DNA of 64,000 nucleotides from Propionivibrio sp. GTDB taxonomy: Bacteria; Pseudomonadota; Gammaproteobacteria; Burkholderiales; Rhodocyclaceae. Each line of letters starts with the position of its first letter. The first letter of the stretch is position 1. The position numbers and the translations under genes are program-made. Positions 20,116-30,930 of the stretch are shown piece by piece. The notes below the pieces were generated by a model. The model did not search any database and was not told the DNA's origin. It saw only the letters and a program-made list of their open reading frames with translations. The stretch spans positions 8,546 through 72,545 of the forward strand of contig JAVBSG010000008.1 of NCBI GenBank assembly GCA_031547245.1, read 5' to 3'.

Positions 20116-20832
20116 ATGAAATCCCAGAAGACACCAGCATCTCCACGCGCCGCGCGAGACAGCGAATCCACTTCCATCGGCTCCCAGGTCCATCGCCAAT
20201 TGCGGGAGTCCATCATCCGCGGGGAGATCAGCCCGGGCGTCGCGCTTTCCGAATCGGAGATCGCACGCCAATATGCGACCAGCCGGCAGCCCGTACGCGA
20301 GGCCTTCATCAAGCTTGCCGAAGAACGCCTTGTCAGCATTCAGCCGCAGCGTGGCACTTTTGTTGTCAAGATTTCGGTGGCTGACGTGCTTGATGCGCGT
20401 TTCGTGCGCGAAGCGATCGAAGTCGCCGTTACGCAGGAAGCAGCGCTCTCGGCGCCGCTTTCCGCCATTCGCGAGCTAAGGCAATTGGTGGAGCGGCAAA
20501 ACGCCTTGGGCTCAGGACACCCCCCGGAGTTCCTGGCCCTTGACGAAGAGTTCCACCGTACGATTGCGCTATCGGTAGGGCGCGCCCATGCCTGGCGCGT
20601 CATTGAGGGAATCAAGTCCCAGATGGACCGCATCCGCTATCTAAGCCTCGATGCGGCAACACCGCTTCCCGTCATCATCGATCAGCATAAAAGGATCGTC
20701 GATGGCATCGAGGCCGGCGATCCGACCGCGGCAGCGGCGGCAATGCGGACGCATTTGCGGGAAATCACCTTTTCCCTGCCCAACATCGCCGCCAGCTTCC
20801 CGGATATATTTGAACAAGAGCCGGACAGATAG
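20116..20832 (+). CDS. GntR-family transcriptional regulator (FadR/FCD subfamily)
   Basis: N-terminal wHTH (LSESEIARQYATSRQPVREAFIKLAEERLV) plus a C-terminal FCD domain. First ATG at 20116; the ORF start at 20107 is a TTG. Confidence 0.8.
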   Translation: MKSQKTPASPRAARDSESTSIGSQVHRQLRESIIRGEISPGVALSESEIARQYATSRQPVREAFIKLAEERLVSIQPQRGTFVVKISVADVLDARFVREAIEVAVTQEAALSAPLSAIRELRQLVERQNALGSGHPPEFLALDEEFHRTIALSVGRAHAWRVIEGIKSQMDRIRYLSLDAATPLPVIIDQHKRIVDGIEAGDPTAAAAAMRTHLREITFSLPNIAASFPDIFEQEPDR

Positions 20833-21855
20833 TCAGGCGCTTCGTCCGGCCAGAGCCAGCACGTCGGCCCATACGCCGTCGTCGACGACGATTCCGTTGG
20901 CGCGGTGCTCCGCGCGGATACGCAGCGTAGACTGCCCGGGATAGAGGACCTCCCTGCTGTTTTCAGCCGGCGTGGAAGAGTTGACGTAGTCGGCCACGCC
21001 ATCGGCCACTTTCTCGGTAAATTCCTCGCCGCCCAACTGGCGCGGATCGAAAACCATGAATACCTGCGAGCAGCCGGTGCAACTGCCGCGCTGGATCTTG
21101 TCGATGTCGTTCGTGGCGATTCCTTCGGAGAGTACCGCTGCCAGCGTATCGAGCAGGATGGCGAACCCCGATCCTTTCCAGTAACCCATGGGCAAAATGC
21201 GCATGGATTCCTCGATCGGCCCTGGTTCGGACGTCAGATTGCCGTTTTTGTCGAACCCTCCCGGGTAGGGCAGTTGTGCTCCCTTCAGGCGAGTGACCTG
21301 CAGCTTTCCATAGGAATACTGGGACATCGCCATGTCCAGAACGATATGGCCTTTCCGCCGTGGCACGGCCATGACAAAGGGGTTGTTGCCCAGACGGGTA
21401 TTTTTGCCGCCCCAGGATGGCATGCACGATTCGGTATTGGTCCAGCTGATGGCGACAAAGCCTTTGTCCGCCGCGTACCAGCCGTAAGTGCCGCCACGCA
21501 TCCAGTGCGTCGTATTGCGCATCGTCACTATGCCCACGCCTTGTTCGGCGGCGATGGCCATGGCACGGTCGGTCGCGTAAAAGGCATTGAGGATGCCGGG
21601 GCCACACTGTCCGTCGTAGATTTCGATGACTCCCAGTTTTTTTGCCAGCGACGGCTTGGCCTTTGGATCGACCCAGCCGCGTTGCAAATAGTCAACGAAA
21701 CGCGCCACACGGTTGAGTCCGTGCGAATAAATGCCGTCGCAGGAGGATTCCGTGTGGATTCGCGCGCATGTCCGCGCATCCTCCTGATTCATCCCCGCTT
21801 TGACAAAGGCTTCCGTAACCACTTCATGGACTGTTTCAAATGGAATGCGTGTCAT
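20833..21855 (-). CDS. Ldh_2-family (malate/L-lactate/L-sulfolactate dehydrogenase-like) oxidoreductase, YiaK/DlgD-like 3-dehydro-L-gulonate 2-dehydrogenase candidate
   Basis: About 340 aa with the characteristic SHGL...NPF...H motifs of COG2055. Start taken at MTRIPFE (21855). Confidence 0.75.
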   Translation of the reverse strand: MTRIPFETVHEVVTEAFVKAGMNQEDARTCARIHTESSCDGIYSHGLNRVARFVDYLQRGWVDPKAKPSLAKKLGVIEIYDGQCGPGILNAFYATDRAMAIAAEQGVGIVTMRNTTHWMRGGTYGWYAADKGFVAISWTNTESCMPSWGGKNTRLGNNPFVMAVPRRKGHIVLDMAMSQYSYGKLQVTRLKGAQLPYPGGFDKNGNLTSEPGPIEESMRILPMGYWKGSGFAILLDTLAAVLSEGIATNDIDKIQRGSCTGCSQVFMVFDPRQLGGEEFTEKVADGVADYVNSSTPAENSREVLYPGQSTLRIRAEHRANGIVVDDGVWADVLALAGRSA

Positions 21856-22037
21856 CTCGATACTCCAAAAAACGGGCCAGCGTTTTGACAATACGCTGGC
21901 CTCGCCGGTTTGATTCCATTTCTAAGTCGCGAGTGCCTTTGTCGCCTTCGCCTCGCCGTGCTATAGCACTGTCAGCGGCTCGTCTTCGTGTCACTCACGA
22001 TTTAAAAATGGAATAATCACAAATTCTCTGCAGAAAA

Positions 22038-23246
22038 TCACCAGCTCCAGAGCGTACCGTCCTCAAGGCGGGCTACCGGCAGGTAAGCCGGTTCGTAAGG
22101 ATACTTGGCGGCAAGTTTTTCGTCGATCTCCACGCCCAAGCCAGGTTTGTCGCCAGGATGCATGTACCCGTCGTCGAAACTCCAGGCACACTGGAATACC
22201 TCCATGGCCTGCGCGGGATAGCCCATATACTCCTGAATGCCGAAATTCGGCACCCACAGATCGAAATGCAGCGCGGCTCCCATGCAGACCGGCGACAGAT
22301 CGGACGGCCCGTGGCTGCCGGTACGCACCTGATACAAAGCGGCCAGATCCGCAATGCGGCGCAGATGGGTAATGCCGCCCGAATGCGTGACGGTCATGCG
22401 GATGTAATCGATCAGCTGCTCTTCGATCAGTTCTTTGCAATCCCAGATGCTATTGAATACCTCACCGACCGCGATCGGCGTCACGGTATGCTGGCGGATC
22501 AGGCGGAAAGCTTCCTGATTCTCGGCTGGCGTCGGGTCCTCGATCCAGAACAGGCGGTAATCCTCGATCGATTTTCCGAGCCGCGCCGCTTCGATCGGCG
22601 TCAGGCGGTGGTGTACGTCATGCAACAGGTGATGTTCGAACCCGAATTTGTCGCGTACCGCCTCGAACAGTTTTGGAACGTAGTCGAGGTATTTTTCCGT
22701 CGACCAGGATTGCTCCTCGGGCCAGCCCTTGGAGGCAGGCTCATAGGCCTCCTTGCCTTTGGATACGCCGTAAACCGATTTCATTCCAGGCACGCCGCAT
22801 TGCACGCGGATTGCCTTGTAACCCTTTTCCTTGTAGCTGGCGAACGCATCGAGCGTTTCCGGGATGTCGCGCCCAGTACCATGGCAGTACACCAGAACGT
22901 GTTCCCGCGACGCGCCGCCCAGCAACTGATAGACCGGCATATTGGCAACCTTGCCCTTGATATCCCAGAGCGCCATATCCACCGCGCCAATCGCCGACAT
23001 GGTAACCGGCCCCCGGCGCCAATACGCACCCTTGTAGAGGTACTGCCAGACATCCTCGATTTTCTGCGGATCGCGGCCGATCAGAAGCGGACAGACATGG
23101 TCCTTGAGATACGAGGCTACGGACAGTTCGCGGCCATTCAGTGTCGCATCGCCAAGCCCCGTCACGCCGTCGTCGGTGGTGATTTTCAACGTGACGAAAT
23201 TCCGTCCTGGGCAACACACAATCACATCTGCGCCAACAATTTTCAT
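22038..23246 (-). CDS. manD: D-mannonate dehydratase-type enolase-superfamily enzyme (ManD / D-galactonate dehydratase family)
   Basis: About 402 aa. Enolase-superfamily capping and barrel domains with KxK and metal ligands (D...E...D). ATG at 23246 preceded by GAGGAG; the ORF-track start at 23252 is a TTG. Confidence 0.8.
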   Translation of the reverse strand: MKIVGADVIVCCPGRNFVTLKITTDDGVTGLGDATLNGRELSVASYLKDHVCPLLIGRDPQKIEDVWQYLYKGAYWRRGPVTMSAIGAVDMALWDIKGKVANMPVYQLLGGASREHVLVYCHGTGRDIPETLDAFASYKEKGYKAIRVQCGVPGMKSVYGVSKGKEAYEPASKGWPEEQSWSTEKYLDYVPKLFEAVRDKFGFEHHLLHDVHHRLTPIEAARLGKSIEDYRLFWIEDPTPAENQEAFRLIRQHTVTPIAVGEVFNSIWDCKELIEEQLIDYIRMTVTHSGGITHLRRIADLAALYQVRTGSHGPSDLSPVCMGAALHFDLWVPNFGIQEYMGYPAQAMEVFQCAWSFDDGYMHPGDKPGLGVEIDEKLAAKYPYEPAYLPVARLEDGTLWSW

Positions 23247-23823
23247 TGCCAATTCTCCTCTCAGATTTTCCGTCTACCTTCCAGCTGCTCAAAGTGAATC
23301 TTTCATTGATACAAAATACCACAAAATTCGTATCTACCATACAAGTATAAGAAAATAGTTTTTTGTTCTCTACCTCGAAGTGCAAGAAAAATAAGGGGAA
23401 ACTTCTGTAATAAAGAGCGACGAGTAGTGTCAATCCATAGATGTTGCCATTCCAGGGGAAGGCAAACAACCTCGCCCCAACGGGCTGCGTATCAATTTCC
23501 TGACAAAACCCGCCGCTTTATGGGCAGCCTCGCCGCAAGCGGTGGGGAATCAACCCCGAAGAGATTTGACCGTTCATCTCTTAGGAGCAGCCACTTATCA
23601 CATATTCATGGAAATCTCGCCGTTTTATGTTCAAGATACGTGCCAGTGGTACGATATATGGGATGTATGCTGTTCGCTTGCAAGGCTATGTGAAATTGCA
23701 TAAGGAAGCCGTGACTGATTCGAGTGGAAAACAGTCGGGCATGTGTTATCGATCGAGAATTCCGAAGGAAAAACTATGCATAGATCTTTGCTCGTTCCAC
23801 GGAAAAAGGGCTTCTCCATCCCC

Positions 23824-24276
23824 ATGAGTCGTCGTGATCACGGAAGATTCACACGCGGTTTCACGTTGATCGAACTGATGATCGTGGTTGTGATCATCTC
23901 CATTCTGGCTGCAATCGCCTATCCCAGCTATACGGAATATGTCAGGCGTGGCATCCTGGTCGAAGCCAGCGAAGCGCTGACAGCTGCCAAGATGTCGATG
24001 GACCAGTTTTATTTGTCCAAGCGCAGTTTTGCCACAGCCCAGGATGCGAATGGTCCGTGTACGAAAAACGAACGCAAATCATTCACGATCACCTGCCAAT
24101 GGAATTCAGCTAATCCGTTGAACTATACCCTGACGGCGACCGGCACGGGAAGAGTTGCTGGCTTTACCTACACAATCGATCAGGCGGGATCGAAAACAAC
24201 GGCTGTGACAGTCGGCGGCGGCTGGCCTGCAACAAAAAATTGTTGGATTTTCAGCAAAGGTGGCCCATGCGTATGA
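23824..24276 (+). CDS. pilE: Type IV minor pilin PilE-like (prepilin N-terminal methylation motif)
   Basis: Leader [12 protein letters not shown] then [26 protein letters not shown]-terminal ...YTLTATGTG...CWIF resembles PilE-type minor pilins with a disulfide loop. Confidence 0.75.
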   Translation: MSRRDHGRFTRGFTLIELMIVVVIISILAAIAYPSYTEYVRRGILVEASEALTAAKMSMDQFYLSKRSFATAQDANGPCTKNERKSFTITCQWNSANPLNYTLTATGTGRVAGFTYTIDQAGSKTTAVTVGGGWPATKNCWIFSKGGPCV

Positions 24277-24875
24277 ATGGTCGGTTGCGCCAGATGAATG
24301 ACGAGCGCGGCTTCACGCTGGTCGAAATTCTGACGGTCATCTTCATTCTGGGAATACTGGCGGCGCTTGCCATCCCCAGCCTGAGCGAATGGATCAACAA
24401 ATCCCAAGTACGTTCTGGGATCGAGGATGTGCAAAGCGGGCTGCAGCTTGCGCAGTCGGAAGCGGCCAAGCGCAATATGGATGTTGAGTTCTCCCTGCTC
24501 GCTAGCCAACCTGTTCCTGCCAGCAACGTTCTCAACACAGCGGCAGCTGCCAACGGGTCATACTGGACCGTGCGTATTTTGCCGACTGGCAGCGGTGTGA
24601 ATAAAACGTTTGTGCAGGGCGGCGACTTCGGCAGCCGCGGCGTCAATATTACCGGCCCCGCCACATTGATTTTCAGTGGAATTGGCAGGGTGCTGACCAG
24701 TGCGGGGACACCGCCAACCTTTCTGACTGTTACTCAGGTCTATCGAGTGGAAACGAAGACCAACAAGTATCCGATGTGTGTTCTGGTGCGCCCCGGCGGC
24801 GGCGTCCGCTGGTGCGACCCAAACATAACATCGGCAGGATCGCCGCTTGCCTGCCCAGCGGACATTGTGTGCTAA
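24273..24875 (+). CDS. fimT: Type IV pilus minor pilin FimT/FimU (GspH-domain pseudopilin)
   Basis: Prepilin motif [30 protein letters not shown] overlap with the pilE stop. The start could alternatively be 24267 or 24294. Confidence 0.7.
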   Translation: MNGRLRQMNDERGFTLVEILTVIFILGILAALAIPSLSEWINKSQVRSGIEDVQSGLQLAQSEAAKRNMDVEFSLLASQPVPASNVLNTAAAANGSYWTVRILPTGSGVNKTFVQGGDFGSRGVNITGPATLIFSGIGRVLTSAGTPPTFLTVTQVYRVETKTNKYPMCVLVRPGGGVRWCDPNITSAGSPLACPADIVC

Positions 24876-24900
24876 GCCAAGTATTTTCCAGGATATCGTC

Positions 24901-25311
24901 ATGAAAAATCAACAGCGCGGCGGGATACTCATCGAGGTACTGATCAGTCTGGTCATTTTTGCCTTGGGTATCGTTGGGCTGCTCGGTTCAATGGCAGTTT
25001 CGTCGCAGTACTCCAGCGAGAACCGCTTCCGCACCGAAGCCATGACTATGGCCGATGAGCTGTTTGGACAGATGGCGGTATCCAAGGCTTCGACACTGAA
25101 CACTGACTATGGCCCCGACTCAACCAACTTCAATGATTGGGTGAAAAAGCGCGTGCAAACCCTACCGAACGGGACGGCAGCCATCGTTTTCCCCGGAAAT
25201 GAAGCGATTGCAGGCGGAACCTTTGCGCAACTGACAATCAGCTGGATTTCTCCCAACGCCAGACCGGACACTCCCCAGGGTGTGTACACCACGACGACGT
25301 ATTTCCGTTGA
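24901..25311 (+). CDS. pilV: Type IV pilus modification/minor pilin PilV
   Basis: MKNQQRGGILIEVLISLVIFALGIVGL: PilV-type prepilin N-terminus. Confidence 0.75.
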   Translation: MKNQQRGGILIEVLISLVIFALGIVGLLGSMAVSSQYSSENRFRTEAMTMADELFGQMAVSKASTLNTDYGPDSTNFNDWVKKRVQTLPNGTAAIVFPGNEAIAGGTFAQLTISWISPNARPDTPQGVYTTTTYFR

Positions 25312-25348
25312 TATGAAAAAACTTGCTGGAAATTTTGTGAGCCATCGA

Positions 25349-26500
25349 ATGAAACGAGACAGCGCATTTCATGCACCAGTAGGGAACGCGGGGTTTACTC
25401 TGGTCGAACTGATGGTCGGCGTGCTGATCGCCATGCTGGCCATGCTGTTGATTACTGAGGTGTACAGCAATGCGATCTGGCGGAAACGTGACATATCGGG
25501 TGGCAGCGAAGCGCAGAGAACGGCGTCGATGACGCTGTACCAGATTGCCAATTCGCTCAAGCAGGCGGGAAGCATCGTGGCGCAGTCACAGGAGGCCTGG
25601 GGCTGCACTTTGCGTGCCGCCAAGAACGGAACGACCTTGTTGCCACTGCCAAAGGCTTTACCCGTTCCGTTTGAAAATTTACCGACAACGCTGCGCCTTG
25701 CTCCTGTCATTGTCCGGGCGGGAGTGGTCGGAGAAAGTTCGCGCGAATCAGATCTGATTCTGGCAATTAGTTCCGGATTGGAGTCATCTGGCATTGCTTT
25801 CAAAATACGCGAGGTTTTGGGCAGCGACAAATTTGTTTTGTCCAATTCCAATGGTTTTGTTGCAGGCGATCTATTGTTAACGACAAATTCGGCCAGTGGC
25901 AACTGCAACGTTACGCAAATTGCAGCGGATCACGGAGCGACCTACACGGACGGAAAACTGGATAACACGCCACAATCTGTTACGGTTGGGGGAATGTATG
26001 CCATGAGCACCGCTCTAGGTTCTCTTGCGATCGGAGACCAAATCTACGGTCTTGGACGTGCCCCGCAATTCAATGTCTTTGGTGTCGCCTCTCAAACCCA
26101 ATCACTCGAAATGTATGACTTGTTGCAAATGCATGGACTGCAAGCGCCAGCACCGATTGCCGAAAATGTGTTTTTGCTCAAAGCAATATATGGAATAGCT
26201 ACAGGCACCGGCGGTGTCGTGAATAAATGGGTTTCGCCGACTGACGCGGGATGGACATTCAGTGATCTTCAGAGCAATACGGATACCGTACGTGAAAAAC
26301 TCGGTCAGATTAAAGCCATTCGTATCGCTCTGATAACGAGGGGCAGTTATCCGGCCGCCACCGAGAGTTTTCAGGACAAACTCGAGCTGTTTGGTTCGAC
26401 TGGATTGAAACAGACCATCACTCTGACAAAAAGCGAACAACGCTATCGCTATCAGATTTATGAAAGCGTGATTCCTCTGTTCAATACACGAGATATCTGA
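25349..26500 (+). CDS. pilW: Type IV pilus assembly minor pilin PilW
   Basis: Leader ...GNAGFTLVELMVGVLIAMLAMLLITEVY. ATG 25313 (coupled 1 nt after the pilV stop) is an alternative start. The ORF-track start at 25280 is a GTG. Confidence 0.7.
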   Translation: MKRDSAFHAPVGNAGFTLVELMVGVLIAMLAMLLITEVYSNAIWRKRDISGGSEAQRTASMTLYQIANSLKQAGSIVAQSQEAWGCTLRAAKNGTTLLPLPKALPVPFENLPTTLRLAPVIVRAGVVGESSRESDLILAISSGLESSGIAFKIREVLGSDKFVLSNSNGFVAGDLLLTTNSASGNCNVTQIAADHGATYTDGKLDNTPQSVTVGGMYAMSTALGSLAIGDQIYGLGRAPQFNVFGVASQTQSLEMYDLLQMHGLQAPAPIAENVFLLKAIYGIATGTGGVVNKWVSPTDAGWTFSDLQSNTDTVREKLGQIKAIRIALITRGSYPAATESFQDKLELFGSTGLKQTITLTKSEQRYRYQIYESVIPLFNTRDI

Positions 26501-26519
26501 AATTTGGAGCGAAGCGCGT

Positions 26520-27122
26520 ATGAAGATGCAAAGTACTGTTACATCGCGAGAGCGGCAACAAGGCATGGTATTGGAAATCGTGCTTGTCGTTCTTGTCGCT
26601 CTGCTGCTGGCCAGTGTATCCCTGTTCCGTTCAGTTGATACTTCATCGACAGTGTCAGGCAATATCGCGTTTAAAAGTGATGCCAATAATCGCGCACAAC
26701 TGGCGTTCGATCAGGTGATTGCGTGGACCACCAATGCAAAAAACTTCGATACCTATATCACCAACGGAGTCGACCTTCCAAGCAGGAATTACTCGGCCAG
26801 GATGCTGGAGGTTGATGCACAGGGAATCCCTGTGGTGCTCAGAAATCTGGATACTTTTGATGCCAGCTATACCCATGCACCGCCCGCAACCGCGCTTATG
26901 AATGCTGAAGGAATGAGGGTTCGCTACTTGGCAGAGCGCATGTGCACGACAAACGGTGCTCTTAACAAGAATCACTGTACGTATGCTTACGAGGCAGATG
27001 AAGTTGAAAATGGTCCCATAAAAATAGTCAAAGAACCCGACAAACCCGCTTTGCGCGTCACCGTGCGAGTCGATGGACCGCGCAATACGGTGTCTTTTAT
27101 TCAGGCCACAGTTCGCCCCTAA
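26520..27122 (+). CDS. pilX: Type IV pilus minor pilin PilX
   Basis: N-terminal hydrophobic segment QQGMVLEIVLVVLVALLLASVSLF. Position between pilW and pilY1. Confidence 0.7.
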   Translation: MKMQSTVTSRERQQGMVLEIVLVVLVALLLASVSLFRSVDTSSTVSGNIAFKSDANNRAQLAFDQVIAWTTNAKNFDTYITNGVDLPSRNYSARMLEVDAQGIPVVLRNLDTFDASYTHAPPATALMNAEGMRVRYLAERMCTTNGALNKNHCTYAYEADEVENGPIKIVKEPDKPALRVTVRVDGPRNTVSFIQATVRP

Positions 27123-27156
27123 TTCACATTCAATATGATTATACCGGAGTCATGAC

Positions 27157-30100
27157 ATGAAACAAAAAATGCGCGTGCTGTGCAAAAACCTTCCTGGAAT
27201 TGGGATCAGCGCCGGCATCGTCTGTCTCTCTCTGTCGATGGCCTGTGCTGCCCAGACCCAATTGGCCGATTTGCCTTTCAGTTCTGCGCCACCTGCCCCG
27301 GTCAATCTGATTTTTACCCCGTCGGTTGAATTTCCGACAGCGACTGTTTATACGCACAAGGACAGCAGCTATACCGCCAAGAACGAGTATCTCGGCTATT
27401 TCGATCCCAACAAATGTTATGACTACAATAAGTCGGAAAAGTATTTCGAGCCGGTGGCAATGGCGGGCACCAATCACAGTTGCTCGGGGAGTTGGAGCGG
27501 TAATGCTCTCAATTATGGAACGATGAGCGGCATCGATCCTTTCCGCTGGGCATTGACGGGAGGATTCCGCTCGATCGACACTGCATCGACCGGCAATACG
27601 GTTGCCGGCCGTGGTGTTACCGTGCTGCAGCGTGCCTATCAGAACAGCCGCTCCGCGATGGGTAGTCGCACGATCCCCGGCACGAGCGGGAGCAATGTGA
27701 CGATCACCAATTCTTCATTAGGACTCAACGTAAATATCGGAGGAACCGCTTATCAGGCAGCCGTGCGCGTTTGCGATGACCGTAAAGGCTCAAGCTACCT
27801 CGAAGCGAACTGCACTCCCTATAGCACTCCCGACGGTGTAATCACGTTCAAACCCGTCGGGCTGATTCAGCGTTATGAAGACAAGATGCGTTTCGGCGTG
27901 TTCAGTTATCTATTTAATGAATACAATCCGGACACCGCACCTATTCTGGACGGTGGCGTGATGCGAAGCCGCCTAAAAAACGTCGGATCATCCAAATGGG
28001 ATGGAACCAACAATCCAGCCTATGAATGGTCTACAACAACGGGGGTGTTTGTAAACAATCCGGATACAGCTGACGCCGCGGCGAGTGGAGTATCCAACAG
28101 CGGGGTTATCAACTACCTGAACAAGTTCGGTTTTACCAGCGGAGGTTATGAAGTCTATGACCAGCCTTCGGAAATGGTGGCGGAAGCCTTGCGCTACCTG
28201 ATGAAAAAACCGGCTACGGCTTCATATTATCAACGGGCAAATGACGATCCTCGGCGTAAGGACGGTTTTCCGGCCATTACCAACTGGGAGGACCCCATCA
28301 TCAATGCCTGCCAGCGAAATGCCATTCTCGGCATCGGCGACGTGAACACCCATTATGAATATACCTTCGGAGATTTGCCGTTTGATCCGGTGGCATGGAC
28401 AAAAAAACTCAATACCTTCGAGGGCACTACGGGCCTGGAAACGGCGCGTTGGAACAATGGCGGGTCAAACATGATGGCTGGCATCGCCTATTATGCGCAT
28501 ACTCAGGACATACGTCCCGATATCGTCAAGTCAGTAAAGATGACACTTGACTTTTTTTGGGTCGACGTCATGGAGCCTTCAGGAAGAGGAGTGTCTGGGC
28601 ATACGGAATATGTCAACAAAAATCAGTACTGGCTGGCGGCTAAATATGGCGGTTTCAAGGATGAAAATGGTGACGGAGTTTTTACGCCTGGAAAGGATAT
28701 CTGGAACGGCCAGGGGCGCCAATATGTCGGTTACAACCTACCGGACAATTACTATCCAGCCTCAGATCCAAAGGCCATGGTTAACGGACTTGAAGCTGTC
28801 TTCAGTCAGATCGGCAGTTTGAAGGCAACCGGAAGAGGAACAGGAATTATTTGGCAGCAGGAAGGCGGTAACTCGGAAATTTTCAGTGCAAATTACGACA
28901 CGACCAACTGGTCGGGCGATGTAGTCGCGTTGAAGAGCGTTGCTGTCAACTCAAATGACACCATTGGTGGGACATTTGCCTGGAGTGCCGCAGAAAAAAT
29001 CGATGCCCAGGACTGGAATACCGGTCGGAAAATTGTTACCGGTAAGGTTGTTGATGGCGTCTTTTCAGCCGTTCCATTCCGTTTGGCGAATCTGACTGCG
29101 GCGCAAGCAGCGACATTCGATGCCAATCCCATCAACCAGCAGGCAATCCTTGAGTACTTGCGTGGTAGCCGGAATGGAGAGGGAAGTGTTTTCCGCAAAC
29201 GCGATCATGTGCTTGGCGATATTGTACATTCGAAACCAGTGAGCGTCGGCGCGCCTAAAGAGCCTTATCTGGAAGTATTGAATCCTGGTTATCTGGCGTT
29301 TTGGGAAGCGAAAAAAAATCGTAAGGGAATGATTTATGTGGGCGCCAACGATGGCATGCTGCATGCCATTGAGAGTACGACCACAGGAACGACGGGAGGC
29401 CAGGAGCTATGGGCTTACATTCCATCTTTTCTGTACTCCGGGCCGAGCAACCCTTCCACCCCGGAAGTCGATGGGCTGCAAGCGCTGAGTAAATCCAGCT
29501 ATACCCATCACTATTATGTCGATGCAACGCCCACGGTGGCTGACGTCGATTTCGATCGTATTGGTACGGCGTGGAAGGAGTCGACGGATGCAGAATGGCA
29601 TACACTGCTGGTAAGTGGCCTGGGTAAAGGGGGGAAAGGATATTTCGCCATCGACATCACCAACCCGGGCTCAGTTGCTACAGAGTCAACTGCCGCCGGC
29701 AATGTTCTGTGGGAGTTTTCGCCTCCGGACATGGGTTTTACCTACGGACAGCCCGTAGTGGTCAAAACACCGGCATGGGGTTGGGTGGTCATTGTCACGT
29801 CTGGCTACAACAATGCCTCCGGCAAAGGGATTCTGTACATTCTCAATGCCAAGACGGGTGCCTTGATTAAATCGGTCGATACCGGAGCAGGGTCTCTGAC
29901 GGCTCCGGCCGGGTTTGCCCATATCTCTGCGTTTATTGCGAGAGAGGGCGACTATATGGCTACACAGGTCTATGGTGGCGATTTGTTGGGCAACCTGTGG
30001 CGGTTTGATCTGACGGATGCAGATGGCGACGTCAAGGTTCACAAACTGGCCAGGCTTACGGATGCCAAAGGTCAAGCGCAACCGGTGACCGTCTATCCTA

Positions 30101-30798
30101 CGATAGGGAGACCCAAGGGCGGTACCCCCGATCATCGCTGGGTTTTTGCCGCAACGGGGCAGTTTTTGTCAACGAGCGACATTACGGGGGGCTCGGGTAC
30201 ACAAACTCAGACCATGTATGCCATCCGCGATGGTGGGCAATTCTCGACATTGCCCGATTCGGCGGCAACAATTACGAGAGCTGACCTGACGCAATTAACC
30301 AATCTTGAAACCGGCCTTACGGGTACTCCGGATAAGGGGTGGTACTACGACATGACTGGTGTGTTGGCTGGAGCCACAGAGCGCGTGTGGACACCGATTA
30401 CGATGGCATCGGGTTATGTCGTGTGGACCGGAAGCATGCCCTCAGTGCCGGCGGATTCCTGTTCCAACTCCATGCTGGGTGGAATGAGTACCATTTATGC
30501 AGTGAATGTCGAATCGGGAGCTTCGGTTCTCACTGACGTTGATGGAAATGCCGTGCGCTCTATCCAAGTCAATTCATTGGTCGTTGAAACGCAGGTCGTG
30601 TTTGACGAGAATGGCAAAGCGAGATTAATCATAGATGCCGGCCAGGGGCAGGCCGCAACTGGAGCCGAGGGGGAAACGAGCGATGATGAAAACAACTGCA
30701 AGAAGTTAGGTTTTTGTCCAAGCATACCATCAGGTGTTAATCTCCCTCAAGATAAACGAGCGGCGCCTGGCGTGATCAATTGGCGTTTGGCCAATTGA
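27157..30798 (+). CDS. pilY1: Type IV pilus tip-associated adhesin/biogenesis factor PilY1
   Basis: 1213 aa. Signal peptide. Large N-terminal region plus C-terminal PQQ/beta-propeller-like PilY1 domain. GGAG SD upstream. Confidence 0.85.
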   Translation: MKQKMRVLCKNLPGIGISAGIVCLSLSMACAAQTQLADLPFSSAPPAPVNLIFTPSVEFPTATVYTHKDSSYTAKNEYLGYFDPNKCYDYNKSEKYFEPVAMAGTNHSCSGSWSGNALNYGTMSGIDPFRWALTGGFRSIDTASTGNTVAGRGVTVLQRAYQNSRSAMGSRTIPGTSGSNVTITNSSLGLNVNIGGTAYQAAVRVCDDRKGSSYLEANCTPYSTPDGVITFKPVGLIQRYEDKMRFGVFSYLFNEYNPDTAPILDGGVMRSRLKNVGSSKWDGTNNPAYEWSTTTGVFVNNPDTADAAASGVSNSGVINYLNKFGFTSGGYEVYDQPSEMVAEALRYLMKKPATASYYQRANDDPRRKDGFPAITNWEDPIINACQRNAILGIGDVNTHYEYTFGDLPFDPVAWTKKLNTFEGTTGLETARWNNGGSNMMAGIAYYAHTQDIRPDIVKSVKMTLDFFWVDVMEPSGRGVSGHTEYVNKNQYWLAAKYGGFKDENGDGVFTPGKDIWNGQGRQYVGYNLPDNYYPASDPKAMVNGLEAVFSQIGSLKATGRGTGIIWQQEGGNSEIFSANYDTTNWSGDVVALKSVAVNSNDTIGGTFAWSAAEKIDAQDWNTGRKIVTGKVVDGVFSAVPFRLANLTAAQAATFDANPINQQAILEYLRGSRNGEGSVFRKRDHVLGDIVHSKPVSVGAPKEPYLEVLNPGYLAFWEAKKNRKGMIYVGANDGMLHAIESTTTGTTGGQELWAYIPSFLYSGPSNPSTPEVDGLQALSKSSYTHHYYVDATPTVADVDFDRIGTAWKESTDAEWHTLLVSGLGKGGKGYFAIDITNPGSVATESTAAGNVLWEFSPPDMGFTYGQPVVVKTPAWGWVVIVTSGYNNASGKGILYILNAKTGALIKSVDTGAGSLTAPAGFAHISAFIAREGDYMATQVYGGDLLGNLWRFDLTDADGDVKVHKLARLTDAKGQAQPVTVYPTIGRPKGGTPDHRWVFAATGQFLSTSDITGGSGTQTQTMYAIRDGGQFSTLPDSAATITRADLTQLTNLETGLTGTPDKGWYYDMTGVLAGATERVWTPITMASGYVVWTGSMPSVPADSCSNSMLGGMSTIYAVNVESGASVLTDVDGNAVRSIQVNSLVVETQVVFDENGKARLIIDAGQGQAATGAEGETSDDENNCKKLGFCPSIPSGVNLPQDKRAAPGVINWRLAN

Positions 30799-30862
30799 TC
30801 ATAATTTGGCAGTAGTTTGAAAAAGGAATGGTTTTTTTCCCGAAAACGAAAGTTTTGCCGCA

Positions 30863-30893
30863 GATACCACCCTCCTATAGGGAGGGGGGTATC
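30863..30893. terminator. 31-nt near-perfect palindrome (GATACCACCCTCC-TATA-GGGAGGGGGGTATC), a probable bidirectional terminator between convergent pilY1 and the Zn-ribbon gene
   Basis: Inverted repeat read directly. T/A-rich flanks on both sides. Confidence 0.5.
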
Positions 30894-30930
30894 TTAATCA
30901 TGTCATCCATGATTCCCGGTATTCGCTCCT

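Noticed and set aside
23500-23545. GGGGAATCAACCCC motif resembling a T-arm upstream of pilE
   Set aside because: Loop sequence is not TTCRANY and no D/anticodon arms are nearby. Just an inverted repeat (possible small hairpin).
23770-23800. Sigma54-like sequence ATGCATAGATCTTTGCT upstream of pilE
   Set aside because: Correct spacing and -12 TTGC, but the invariant -24 GG is missing (TGCAT instead of TGGCA). Not called a promoter.
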